31,755 nt of DNA from Candidatus Falkowbacteria bacterium (lineage in GTDB: Bacteria > Patescibacteriota > Patescibacteriia > UBA2591 > JABMQE01). Positions within the stretch are counted from its first letter, which is position 1, and each line of letters begins with the position of its first letter. The notes under the pieces are model-generated. The model saw only the letters and a list, made by a program, of their open reading frames with translations, was not told where the DNA came from and ran no database searches. Made by a program: the position numbers and the translations under genes. Below, one piece after another: positions 16,883 through 26,169 of the stretch. Location of the stretch: assembly GCA_013203415.1 (NCBI GenBank), contig JABMQE010000106.1, positions 1-31,755 on the forward strand, given 5' to 3'.

Positions 16883-16911
16883 TTGACTTGATTTACAAGT
16901 TTTGATAGTAT
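16883..16911 (+). promoter_or_regulatory. Sigma70 promoter (extended -10) for the large surface protein
   Basis: TTGACT(16883-88)-N17-TAGTAT(16906-11), with TG at 16903-04. Implies a ~300-nt leader. Confidence 0.5.
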
Positions 16912-17225
16912 ATCTTATTACTATAAAACTAACTAATTAATTAAAAATATAGGCATTCTCTATAAAAAAGGTCGAGCTTTAGGGTAAAAACTTAGAGCTT
17001 TAGAATGTCGAAACTAATCCGCTAGTTATAGCTATTTAATAACTATAATTTAGCGGGATTCATCGAGCTTTTCTTGATAATTCGGGTTTGGTTCGATTCA
17101 TCTTAATTAGAAAAGTTTAGTTTGCTTTTAGTTAAACTATGGAAACCTTAGATGCCAATTAAGGCAGGGGCAACTATAGCAAGTACTTTAAGCGGTTTAA
17201 CTTTTCGTAAGGATATAATAAAATC

Positions 17226-20200
17226 ATGTTTAAAAAGATTTTATTTGCGAGTGTGGCTTTAACTCTTTCTTTGACAGCTTTGGCAGGCGTAGTGCAGACA
17301 GATGCTGCTACTTTAGCAGAGGGCGGACTTTATAAGACCGCTACTGATTCTGCTATCTACTTGATTCAGGGTTCGGAAAAGAGAGTTTTCCCACACGCAG
17401 CTGTATATAAATCTTGGGGTTACCCAGATGATTATAGTACAGTTGAAACCGTTAGTACTGCTGAATTAGCAGAATTTACTGACGGAACAGCGGTTCCTTT
17501 TCGTGACGGTTCTATGTTTAGAGGAAGCGCTGCAAGCATTCATGACAAAGATCAAACAGCGGTTTTCTTTGTTTCTGACAACAAAGTTAGAGACATAAAA
17601 TCCTCTGAGATTTATCACGCTTTATTCGACGACCCAAATTGGGAATATGTAACTTGGGTACCAGATGATCTTCTTACCAAGTTCGAATACGAACTAGGCA
17701 CCCAGATTGATTCTAGTGCTACTTATCCAAACGGCTCTTTGATCAGCAATGGCGGCAAAACATATTTGGTTGCAGACGGTGAACTTAGAGAGTTTGAGAC
17801 CGGTGCTCTGGCAGCAAACAGATATGATGTTAGCGCTGCTATTACTCCGGTTTATCCAGTAGCTTCTATTGATGATTATGTTGCCGGTGATGCAGTTGGC
17901 GGAGAAGAAACAGTTTTGGTAACTCCTGGCGTGGGACCAGACGCTCCTGATCCTGATCTTCCTGGTACTGGTTTAACTATTGCTTTGGCTAGTGATACGC
18001 CAATAAGCGATGTTGTTATCCAGAATGCAGCTAGGGTACCATTTACTAAGATAAAATTGACTGCTTCCAGCGATGGTGATGTTGAAGTTCAGCTAACAAT
18101 TAAGAGAACTGGTTTGGGACAGGACAGCAACTTGGCTTCCATTGTCTTTATTGATGCTGATACTAATCGCCAAATTGGCAATAGTAAATCCTTGAGTTCT
18201 TCCAACCACAGCTGTTTGTCTAATACAATGACAGTTGAAGCTGGTGAAACAAGGAACATTCTTATTGCTGCGAATATGGGTGATGATATTACCAGCGGCC
18301 AGGAAGTTTATCCTGGAGAATTGTTATCTCTTGATGTGATAGAAGTAATCACAGATGCAACTGTTAATGGTACTTTACCTATTGAAGGTAATGAAATGAC
18401 AGCTAATGACTCTATTATCCTTGGCACAGTAACTGTTAATAGAGGTTCAGATGATCCAAACTTAGGCGGTACAGCTACTACCAAGGAGATTGGAACCAAA
18501 AATCTTGAGCTTATTTCAGCTAAGATTTTAGCTGGCAGTGTTGAGGCCTTTTTCATCGAAGGAATTGAGTTTGAGAATTATAATGGTACGGCCGAAGACA
18601 CTGACTTAGAGAATCTAACGCTTTATGTTGACTCCGAGAGTTATGCAACAGGCCTCCTTGATGGCGGAATTATTTACTTTGATTTGACAGACAACCCAGT
18701 TGAAATCGCAAAAGGCAAGAAGAAAGAATTCATGCTTAAAGGCGATATTGTTGATGGCTCTGATAGAACCCTTGATTTTGATATCTACGACCAGATTGAT
18801 ATAATTGCTAAGGGCGAGGAGTTTAAGAGATACAGATTGCCAACTTACACAATCGACAGCACTGATTCTACAGCTGAACCATACTTTAATGCCGGTAATA
18901 CCTACACAATTGGCGTAGGTACTTTATCAGCATCAGCAAGTAATTTTACACCGGTTCAGAACATTGCCGAAGGGACTGATGGAATTGCGCTTGGTTCTTG
19001 GACTCTTAATGCTAAGGGCGAGCCGATTGAGATTAGCAAACTTAGAATTGACTTTGACTTTACTACTACATCGGGAGGAAGTGATGCTTATGGCTCTTCT
19101 ACCAACCTTACTAATGTTGCAATTTTTGATGAGAATGGTGACAGGAAAACCAGTATAACAGATATGACAGCGACCAGTACTTTTAGCACCGGCGGTAACC
19201 AAGATGGTTATATTTCTTGGACAGATACTTGGACAGTGCCAGTGGGTGAGCATGTTTATACGGTAAGGGGTGATTTGTCTAGTAACTTCCAGAACGCTGA
19301 TACTGTGGTTGCGTCTCTTATGTTTGCTAAGGTCAGTTTGCGTACTGTTAAGGGTGCAACCACTAACAGGACAACAACAGTTACTCCAGGAACTAATATT
19401 GCGGCAAATAAGCAAACAATCAAAGCCGGCGCTTTAGCTATTAGAACATCAACCGGTGTTCCAGCATCAGGCGCAGATATTGTAGAAGGTTCGGCAACAC
19501 AAAGCATATTAGCAGAGATTGAATATGATGCTAGTGATTCTGGCGAAGATGTTAAGATTAGGCAGATTAGGATAATTAATGATGCCGTGGGCGGAGCAAG
19601 TCCGCAATATGTGGATAACCTGCACTTATACTTCAAGAACGTTGATGGAACAACTGGCGCAGAGATTGTACCTGAATCTATTCCGGATTTTGATAACGCG
19701 ACAGTTAACGAGAGCGATACAGTTGACTTTAATTTGAGTGGTAATCCGATTATTGTTCCAAAGACAGATCTTGTGACTATTCAAGTAAAAGGTACTATAA
19801 ACAGCGCCGAGGTAAATGATGGCACTGCAAAACATCTTTTTGCTAGCGCCACATCAACCAGCGCTGCGCTTGCTAAGGGTGTGGATACTGGTGATGACAT
19901 CACAGAGACCTTTGGCACCACAGCGATGAATCAGGGATTGATAGTGCGGGCTAATGGTACCTTTACTGCTCGTTTCTCGTCTAAGACACCATCTACTAAT
20001 TTGATTCTTTCGAACACGGATGATTTGACAGTAGCGGTCTTTAACTTGGAAGCGCAGTACGAAGATATTGACTTAAGCCAATTAACTCTTGAGTTTGTTG
20101 GTGATAATGCTTCATCTTCGGCTGATGATATACAGACAATTTACTTGTATGACAAGGATGGATTAGTAGCGACTAAAGCTGTTGGTTCTGGTACTACAAC

Positions 20201-21104
20201 AACCTTTTATCAGCTTGACCAGGCGACTAATCCGCTGACAGTAAAAGCTGGCAGGATTGAAGAGCTGACAGTTAAGGTTAAGACAGCTCGAGTTGGCCAG
20301 GATGAATCAGGCACAACCGGTAATCAGATTGGATATAAGATTGAGATTGCTTCCAATGTTGCAGGTAGAGGGCATATTAGCGGCACTTCGAGTGCGGCAA
20401 TAGGCAGTGGTTCGGATGCACCAACTGGTAAGACCATGTATGTTAGACAAGCTATCCCAGAGTTTGTAGAGGCAAATTCAAGTGTTCTAGCTTCTTTGGA
20501 TGCTCTTGGCCAAGCTGGAACAGATATTGCTGTTTACCAGTTTACCCTTGGTCCAAAAGCTGACGGCGGTTCTATCGGCCTCTATAAGATGGTCTTTAGT
20601 ATTGTTACTTCTTCAGCTTCGGCAACCAACTTCTATCTATATGATGCAACAGATGGTTTGACAGTAAATGCTTCTAGTGGCAGCATAACGATTGCTGATA
20701 ATAGATCGGGTTATGCGGATAGCAACTATATTATGTTCTACTTTGATGCTAATGGCGACATCAGCGATGGATCCGCCGCCGATGAGGAGTATCAGCTTTC
20801 AGCAACTCATACCTTCCAGGTTAGAACTTCGGCTAAGGAAGATGGTTCTAATTTAGATGCGGTTAAAGATTCTATAGCTATGAAGGCATTGAGTGATGTT
20901 ACCATACAGTATGGACCATCTACTGCTCAGGAAATAGACACAGACAAAGATAACTCATACTTTGTTTGGACTGATAGAGCAGACAAGGATGGCCATTACA
21001 GCTCGTCTGACAGCACTAGTACTGATGAGGATTGGTATAATGGTTATAAAATACCTGGCTTGACTAATCCGTCAACGACTGGTATTACCTTGAGTGATCC
21101 ATAA
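17226..21104 (+). CDS. Large secreted S-layer-like / Ig-repeat surface protein
   Basis: Signal peptide, repeated N-terminal module (G.LYK...SAIY...G.KRVFP..AVY.SWG), and many Thr/Asp/Gly/Ser-rich beta-sandwich repeats; 1292 aa. Confidence 0.8.
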   Translation: MFKKILFASVALTLSLTALAGVVQTDAATLAEGGLYKTATDSAIYLIQGSEKRVFPHAAVYKSWGYPDDYSTVETVSTAELAEFTDGTAVPFRDGSMFRGSAASIHDKDQTAVFFVSDNKVRDIKSSEIYHALFDDPNWEYVTWVPDDLLTKFEYELGTQIDSSATYPNGSLISNGGKTYLVADGELREFETGALAANRYDVSAAITPVYPVASIDDYVAGDAVGGEETVLVTPGVGPDAPDPDLPGTGLTIALASDTPISDVVIQNAARVPFTKIKLTASSDGDVEVQLTIKRTGLGQDSNLASIVFIDADTNRQIGNSKSLSSSNHSCLSNTMTVEAGETRNILIAANMGDDITSGQEVYPGELLSLDVIEVITDATVNGTLPIEGNEMTANDSIILGTVTVNRGSDDPNLGGTATTKEIGTKNLELISAKILAGSVEAFFIEGIEFENYNGTAEDTDLENLTLYVDSESYATGLLDGGIIYFDLTDNPVEIAKGKKKEFMLKGDIVDGSDRTLDFDIYDQIDIIAKGEEFKRYRLPTYTIDSTDSTAEPYFNAGNTYTIGVGTLSASASNFTPVQNIAEGTDGIALGSWTLNAKGEPIEISKLRIDFDFTTTSGGSDAYGSSTNLTNVAIFDENGDRKTSITDMTATSTFSTGGNQDGYISWTDTWTVPVGEHVYTVRGDLSSNFQNADTVVASLMFAKVSLRTVKGATTNRTTTVTPGTNIAANKQTIKAGALAIRTSTGVPASGADIVEGSATQSILAEIEYDASDSGEDVKIRQIRIINDAVGGASPQYVDNLHLYFKNVDGTTGAEIVPESIPDFDNATVNESDTVDFNLSGNPIIVPKTDLVTIQVKGTINSAEVNDGTAKHLFASATSTSAALAKGVDTGDDITETFGTTAMNQGLIVRANGTFTARFSSKTPSTNLILSNTDDLTVAVFNLEAQYEDIDLSQLTLEFVGDNASSSADDIQTIYLYDKDGLVATKAVGSGTTTTFYQLDQATNPLTVKAGRIEELTVKVKTARVGQDESGTTGNQIGYKIEIASNVAGRGHISGTSSAAIGSGSDAPTGKTMYVRQAIPEFVEANSSVLASLDALGQAGTDIAVYQFTLGPKADGGSIGLYKMVFSIVTSSASATNFYLYDATDGLTVNASSGSITIADNRSGYADSNYIMFYFDANGDISDGSAADEEYQLSATHTFQVRTSAKEDGSNLDAVKDSIAMKALSDVTIQYGPSTAQEIDTDKDNSYFVWTDRADKDGHYSSSDSTSTDEDWYNGYKIPGLTNPSTTGITLSDP

Positions 21105-21137
21105 TGAACTGAATTGAATAGAAATGTAAGATATGTT

Positions 21138-21180
21138 GCAACCCCCTTCCCGCATTTGCGGGAGGGGGGTTGCTTTTTTT
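21138..21180 (+). terminator. Intrinsic terminator
   Basis: GCAACCCCCTTCCCGC-attt-GCGGGAGGGGGGTTGC-T7. Confidence 0.85.
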
Positions 21181-21204
21181 AGAGATTTTTCTTATAATGG
21201 GATT

Positions 21205-21960
21205 ATGAGTTTAGAGTATAATTCTCAAAATTTAGAAGGCCATAACAAAGGAGGGGTAAGCAAGGGAAAGATATTTTTAGGTGTTTTTTTGGCATTGGTT
21301 TTTATTTTTTTAATTTATTTTTTCTTAAACCAAGGTGTTTTGGTGCCCCAAGATCAAAGAATAGCAGAGATTGAAAAAGAGTTTAAGGTTGATTTTTCTG
21401 GTATTGATGTTGATGAGGCGGATAGGGAAGAGGTTCTTGCGAGATATGAAAGGAGTTTGCAAGAGTATAAAGAGTTGGCGGAAAGTGAGCTTGATACGGA
21501 CCAATTAAAGGGATGGATGGGTTTGGGCGGCCTTAGGAAGATAGCTTATGATTACGAGGGGGCGGAAAAGGCTTTAATTAAAGCCGGAGAGATTTATCCG
21601 GGCAGTGGTTTGGCTTTTTGCAATTTAGCTAATCTTTATAATTTTATGCTAAACAAACCAGAGCTGGCTGTAGAGAAATACAAGATATGCATAAAAAATT
21701 ATTCAATACATACTCAGGCCTATAACGATTTGGCGGATTTGTATATTAAATTGGATAATTATGAAAAAGCCAAGGAGGTAATAGAGCTAGGTTTAAGCAA
21801 TAATCCTGGCGAGCCAAATATGTTAATTTACGCCGCTTATTTTTATAAGGATAATGGACCCAAGGATAAAGCCATAGAGTATTTTTATAAAGCAAAGGAA
21901 GCTTTGCCAGAGAGGGCGGAATATTATCAGAAGGAGATAGACGAACTTAATAATTTATAA
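21205..21960 (+). CDS. Membrane-anchored TPR-repeat protein
   Basis: N-terminal TM, then TPR-like helices (YEGAEKALIKA.EIYP, AYNDLADLY..L..YEKA..VIE.GL). Start likely MSLEY. Confidence 0.8.
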   Translation: MSLEYNSQNLEGHNKGGVSKGKIFLGVFLALVFIFLIYFFLNQGVLVPQDQRIAEIEKEFKVDFSGIDVDEADREEVLARYERSLQEYKELAESELDTDQLKGWMGLGGLRKIAYDYEGAEKALIKAGEIYPGSGLAFCNLANLYNFMLNKPELAVEKYKICIKNYSIHTQAYNDLADLYIKLDNYEKAKEVIELGLSNNPGEPNMLIYAAYFYKDNGPKDKAIEYFYKAKEALPERAEYYQKEIDELNNL

Positions 21961-21994
21961 TTTCAGAATAATTAATAATTAATAAAGAAAGATT

Positions 21995-22168
21995 ATGGAA
22001 GAGACAACAAACAATCAAACACCGACCACAGAAGAACCACCACAAGCAGAGAACGAGCAGACACCAACTCCAGAACCAGCGAGCGAAGGAGGGAAGTCGA
22101 AGAAAGTATGGATAATCGCAGTGGTAGTTATTGTAGTTTTGATAATTTTAGGAATTGTGATTTTTTAG
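21995..22168 (+). CDS. 57-aa small tail-anchored membrane protein (absent from the ORF track)
   Basis: MEETTNNQTPTTEEPPQAENEQTPTPEPASEGGKSKKVWIIAVVVIVVLIILGIVIF*, followed by a terminator. Confidence 0.8.
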   Translation: MEETTNNQTPTTEEPPQAENEQTPTPEPASEGGKSKKVWIIAVVVIVVLIILGIVIF

Positions 22169-22173
22169 AGAAT

Positions 22174-22224
22174 TCAAAAATCCCTACAAAGTTGTAATAG
22201 ATACGATTTGGTAGGGATTTTTGA
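22174..22224. terminator. Bidirectional terminator-like inverted repeat
   Basis: TCAAAAATCCCTAC / GTAGGGATTTTTGA, 14-bp arms between convergent genes. Confidence 0.7.
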
Positions 22225-22240
22225 TTTTATTTTGGAATTG

Positions 22241-23386
22241 TTAGTGGTAGAGTTTTTCGGTTTTTTGGACCATGTTTTGGATTGTAAATTTTTGTTCTAA
22301 AGTGTTTTTGGCGTTCTTGGAAAGGTCTTGGGCGATTTCAGGGTTTTCAATAAGATGTTCTATTTTACTGGCAATTGCTTTTGGGTCTTTTGGATTAACA
22401 AGAAGACCAGATTTATTGTTCTCTATCATTTCGGGAATAGCAGCGATATTGGTAGCAATAATAGGGGTTTTAGAAGCCATGGCTTCTAAAACAGCCCAGG
22501 GCTGGCCTTCTTTAATCGAGGGAAGGACAAAAATATCAAAAGCTTTAAGATATTGCCAAGCATCTTTTATTTTACCGGGGAGGATAACTTGGTTTTCGAG
22601 ATTTGACTCTTTTATGAGTTTTTCTAAATTTTGACGTTCAATGCCGTCGCCGATAATAACCATTGACCATTGAACATTGAGCTTTGATTTTAGTTTAGAA
22701 GCAGCTTGGATGAGGTATTCGAGTCCTTTGTTTTTATAGAAGTTGGCGATGGTGCCAATTATCATTGAACTTTGATCATTGATCATTAGTTTTTGACGGG
22801 CTTGTTCGCGGGGGAGGAAGTTGAGTTTTTCTAAATCAAGGCCATTGTAGATGGTTATTATTTTTGAAGCAGGAGCAATGCCAAATTTTATAGCGAGCTG
22901 GCGTTGGGCTTCGCAATTGTTGATGATGATATCTTTGTATTTACTAGTCCATTTTTCAGCTTTGATGTACAGCCATTTTTTCCAAAAGGGGATATCTTCG
23001 GCAAAAGCCCAGCCGCCGATGCGGTATATGACTTTCATTGACCATTGACCATTGACCATTGATCTTTTTTTTACGGCGAGGGAGCCGAGGACTCCGGTCT
23101 TGGTGGAATGGAGTTGCAAGATATCTGGTTTTGTGGTGTTTATAAGGGTTTTTAGCTCTAAATAAGCTTTTATATCTTTAACAGGATTGATGGACCTAGA
23201 TAGGTGTTTTAAGCGCCAGATATTGAAATTTTGAGCTTTAACGCGGCCTAAAAAATCACCACCAGGTCCAGCTGCTACTGTGATATCATATTTCTCTGGA
23301 TTAAGGTGAGTAATCAGCTCTAAAATATAGCGTTGGGCCCCGCCAAATTCGCTTTGAGTAATGATGTAAAGTATTTTCTTTTTCAT
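22241..23386 (-). CDS. Glycosyltransferase family 4
   Basis: KKILYIITQSEFGGAQ, LQLHSTK, FDIFVLPSIKEGQPWAVLEAMA. Start likely MKKKIL. Carries three in-frame heptamer arrays. Confidence 0.92.
   Translation of the reverse strand: MKKKILYIITQSEFGGAQRYILELITHLNPEKYDITVAAGPGGDFLGRVKAQNFNIWRLKHLSRSINPVKDIKAYLELKTLINTTKPDILQLHSTKTGVLGSLAVKKRSMVNGQWSMKVIYRIGGWAFAEDIPFWKKWLYIKAEKWTSKYKDIIINNCEAQRQLAIKFGIAPASKIITIYNGLDLEKLNFLPREQARQKLMINDQSSMIIGTIANFYKNKGLEYLIQAASKLKSKLNVQWSMVIIGDGIERQNLEKLIKESNLENQVILPGKIKDAWQYLKAFDIFVLPSIKEGQPWAVLEAMASKTPIIATNIAAIPEMIENNKSGLLVNPKDPKAIASKIEHLIENPEIAQDLSKNAKNTLEQKFTIQNMVQKTEKLYH
22659..22679 (-). repeat. In-CDS heptamer array (ACCATTG type) x3
   Basis: ACCATTG ACCATTG AACATTG, encoding NVQWSMV. 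Confidence 0.7.
22761..22788 (-). repeat. In-CDS heptamer array (ATCATTG type) x4
   Basis: ATCATTG AACTTTG ATCATTG ATCATTA, encoding LMINDQSSMI. Confidence 0.7.
23034..23061 (-). repeat. In-CDS heptamer array (ACCATTG type) x4
   Basis: TTCATTG ACCATTG ACCATTG ACCATTG, encoding SMVNGQWSM. Confidence 0.85.
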
Positions 23387-23392
23387 GAGTTT

Positions 23393-23452
23393 ATTAAACA
23401 CTAACAAGGTAATTTTGTCAATATTGACTTTTTTATACCTTTGTGCTAATTT
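23393..23452. promoter_or_regulatory. Back-to-back divergent sigma70 promoters
   Basis: GTCAATATTGAC palindrome supplies -35 TTGACA (minus, 23416-21) and TTGACT (plus, 23424-29). The -10 candidates are TTTAAT (minus) and TGcTAATTT (plus). Confidence 0.45.
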
Positions 23453-23495
23453 TTAGTAATGTTTTAAGGGGGCGAAACCTCTTATTTTTATTATT

Positions 23496-24470
23496 ATGAT
23501 TAAGAACAATTGTACAATTTTAGTCACTGGTGGAGCGGGTTTTATCGGCTATCATGTGGCAAAGAAATTACTCGACTTGGGCAACCGTGTTATTATAGTT
23601 GATAATTTTAATAATTATTATAATCCAAAATTAAAAAAGGATAGGGCAAAGCGGCTGGCAATTTATCCGAATTGTAAAATTTACAGAACAGATATCAGGG
23701 ATATCGAAGAGATGAGGAAGGTGTTTTTGGTAAACAAGATTGATAAGATAATCCATTTGGCGGCGCAAGCCGGAGTAAGATATTCTCTTAAAAATCCTTT
23801 GTTTTACGGAACGAATAATGTTCAGGCAACATTAAATTTATTGGATTTGGCAAAACAGTATAGAATTAAAAATTTTGTTTTAGCTTCGAGCTCTTCGGTT
23901 TACGGCAAACTCGAAGAGTTTCCGTCGCAAGAGGATTTTAACTTAAAAACGCCAACTTCTTTGTATGCGGCAAGTAAACAGGCCTGCGAGTTGATGGCTC
24001 ATGTTTATAATCATTTGTATGGACTTAAGATAACGGTTTTAAGATTTTTTAATGCTTACGGGCCTTGGGGCCGGCCGGATTCTGCTTTGTATATTTTTAC
24101 AGACAAGATTAGCAAGGGCGAGCCGATCGAGGTTTATAACTTTGGCAAGGCGGAAAAGGATTTTACTTATGTTGATGATATTGCAAATGGAGTGGTCTTA
24201 GCAGTGGGAAAAGAACATGATTACGAGATAATTAATTTAGGCAACGACAGGCCGATTCATTTGATGCGATATATAGAGCTGATAGAGAATGAATTAGGCA
24301 GAAAAGTAGAAAAGAAGATGATGCCGGCGATTCCAGGGGATGTGCAAAAGTCGTGTGCTGATATTACGAAGGCAAGGGAACTTTTAGGATATGAACCGAG
24401 GGTAGGTATCGAGGAAGGGATAAAGAGATTTGTAGAGTGGTATAAGAGTTATCACAAAATAAAATATTAA
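23496..24470 (+). CDS. NAD-dependent epimerase, UDP-glucuronate 4-epimerase-like
   Basis: VTGGAGFIG, HLAAQAGVRYSL, ASSSSVYG, YAASK, RFFNAYGPWGRPD, DFTYVDDI. Confidence 0.9.
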   Translation: MIKNNCTILVTGGAGFIGYHVAKKLLDLGNRVIIVDNFNNYYNPKLKKDRAKRLAIYPNCKIYRTDIRDIEEMRKVFLVNKIDKIIHLAAQAGVRYSLKNPLFYGTNNVQATLNLLDLAKQYRIKNFVLASSSSVYGKLEEFPSQEDFNLKTPTSLYAASKQACELMAHVYNHLYGLKITVLRFFNAYGPWGRPDSALYIFTDKISKGEPIEVYNFGKAEKDFTYVDDIANGVVLAVGKEHDYEIINLGNDRPIHLMRYIELIENELGRKVEKKMMPAIPGDVQKSCADITKARELLGYEPRVGIEEGIKRFVEWYKSYHKIKY

Positions 24471-24524
24471 ATATAAAAAATGAAAAACACAAACTAAAAA
24501 TAAAAAATAGTTTTTTATATTTTA

Positions 24525-24561
24525 CCCGCCTGCCAAAGCTATGCTTTGCATTGCGGGCAGG
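24525..24561. repeat. CCCGC...GCGGG-CAGG palindromic element (intergenic)
   Basis: CCCGCCTGCCAAAGCTATGCTTTGCATTGCGGGCAGG. Confidence 0.75.
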
Positions 24562-24605
24562 TATGTGTATTTCGTATTTTATCTTTCATTTTTAATTTTT
24601 AGCAG

Positions 24606-25892
24606 ATGTCTAATCAAAAAATATGCATTGTCGGCCTTGGTTATGTGGGTTTGCCTTTGGCAGCCTTGTTTTCGACAACTTATGATGTTTGTGGCTTTGA
24701 TATTAACGAAAAAAGAATAGAGGAATTAAAAAATAACAAAGATTTTACCGGCGAGGTAGAAGATTTAGAAAATTTGAATATCGAATTTACTTGCGATCCG
24801 CATAAGATTTCTCATGCGGATTTTGTGATTATAGCAGTACCAACACCGATTGATAAAGCAAAAAATCCGGATTTAGGTCCGTTAGAAAGCGCCAGCAAGA
24901 TTGTTGGAGCGAACTTGAAGGACGGAGCGGTCGTAGTTTATGAATCAACTGTTTATCCGGGCTGTACCGAGGAGATTTGTGTGCCGATTTTGGAGAGGGA
25001 GTCGGGTAAGAAATGCGGGGTTGGTTTTAAGGTTGGGTATTCACCGGAACGAGTAAATCCGGCTGATAAAGAGCATACGATCGATAAGATTATTAAAGTA
25101 GTTTCCGGGAGCGATAATGATACTTTGGAGAAACTCGCGGATTTGTATGGTTCGGTGGTAACGGCTGGTGTCCATAAAGCATCAAGCATAAAAGTGGCAG
25201 AAGCGGCAAAAATTATAGAAAATGTAAAAAGAGATTTAAATATCGCTTTGGTGAACGAGCTGGCTTTGATTTTTGAAAAGTTAGGGATTAACACCAGAGA
25301 GGTTTTGGCAGCGGCTGGGACAAAATGGAATTTTAATTCCGGAGAATATCATCCGGGAATGGTTGGCGGGCATTGCATTGGAATAGACCCGTATTATTTA
25401 ACTAGCAAGGCCTTGGAAGTTGGATATCATCCGCAGGTAATATTGGCCGGCAGGGCTATTAACGAATATATGGCGCGGCATGTGGCAGAGACGGTTGTAA
25501 AAGAATTAGGGGCTTTAGGCAAAGTTCTAAAGGATTCTTGTGTTCTTATTATGGGCTTAACATTTAAGGCGAATGTGCCGGACACAAGAAACAGCCAATC
25601 CAAGCGAGTGATAGAGTATTTGCGCGAGTTTGGTTTAGGTGTTTTGGCTTTTGAGCCGCTTCTCCCAAATGATGCCGTAGAAGAGGGATTTGGAGTGAAA
25701 AATATTGATTTAGAGAAGGCGGGCAAGGAATTTGATGCAATGATTATTTTTAGTCCGCATGATAAGTTTAAGAAATATGATTTAGGAGTTTTGAAAAACA
25801 AGATGAAAGAGAATCCGGTGCTTATGGATATTTATGAATTTTATTCGAAAAAGGAGGCCGAAGACAAAGGTTTTATTTACAGATGTCTATAA
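24606..25892 (+). CDS. Nucleotide-sugar (UDP-GlcNAc/GalNAc) dehydrogenase, WbpO/TviB-like
   Basis: VGLGYVGLP, AVPTP, YESTVYPG, YSPER.NP, GMVGGHCIGIDP, MGLTFKANVPD.RNS. Confidence 0.92.
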   Translation: MSNQKICIVGLGYVGLPLAALFSTTYDVCGFDINEKRIEELKNNKDFTGEVEDLENLNIEFTCDPHKISHADFVIIAVPTPIDKAKNPDLGPLESASKIVGANLKDGAVVVYESTVYPGCTEEICVPILERESGKKCGVGFKVGYSPERVNPADKEHTIDKIIKVVSGSDNDTLEKLADLYGSVVTAGVHKASSIKVAEAAKIIENVKRDLNIALVNELALIFEKLGINTREVLAAAGTKWNFNSGEYHPGMVGGHCIGIDPYYLTSKALEVGYHPQVILAGRAINEYMARHVAETVVKELGALGKVLKDSCVLIMGLTFKANVPDTRNSQSKRVIEYLREFGLGVLAFEPLLPNDAVEEGFGVKNIDLEKAGKEFDAMIIFSPHDKFKKYDLGVLKNKMKENPVLMDIYEFYSKKEAEDKGFIYRCL

Positions 25893-26017
25893 TGTTTTTT
25901 ACTTGACTTTTGATAAAGATAGTAGTAACATATAAGTATAATTTAGATTACTTTTTTAAATAAGACTTTTGCCAATTTTAGAAGAATGTGGTGTGGTCTT
26001 ATTTTTTATTTATATTA

Positions 26018-26064
26018 ATACGAAACTACGAAAAGCATGCGAAACTACGAACATGCGAAAGGTT
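26018..26064 (+). repeat. CGAAACTA-type dispersed repeat (copy 3)
   Basis: ATACGAAACTACGAAAAGCATGCGAAACTACGAACATGCGAAAGGTT. Confidence 0.85.
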
Positions 26065-26169
26065 TTTTCTGCTAGTTTTAGTGTAAAGTATAATAAAACC
26101 AAGATCCACGAATGATATCCTAATCTACAAATGCTACGAATTTTGCGAGTGGATATGATAATTATTTAT

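Noticed and set aside
18308-19835. Several overlapping short ORFs inside the surface-protein gene
   Set aside because: These are shadow frames of a long coding gene, with no motifs or independent signals.
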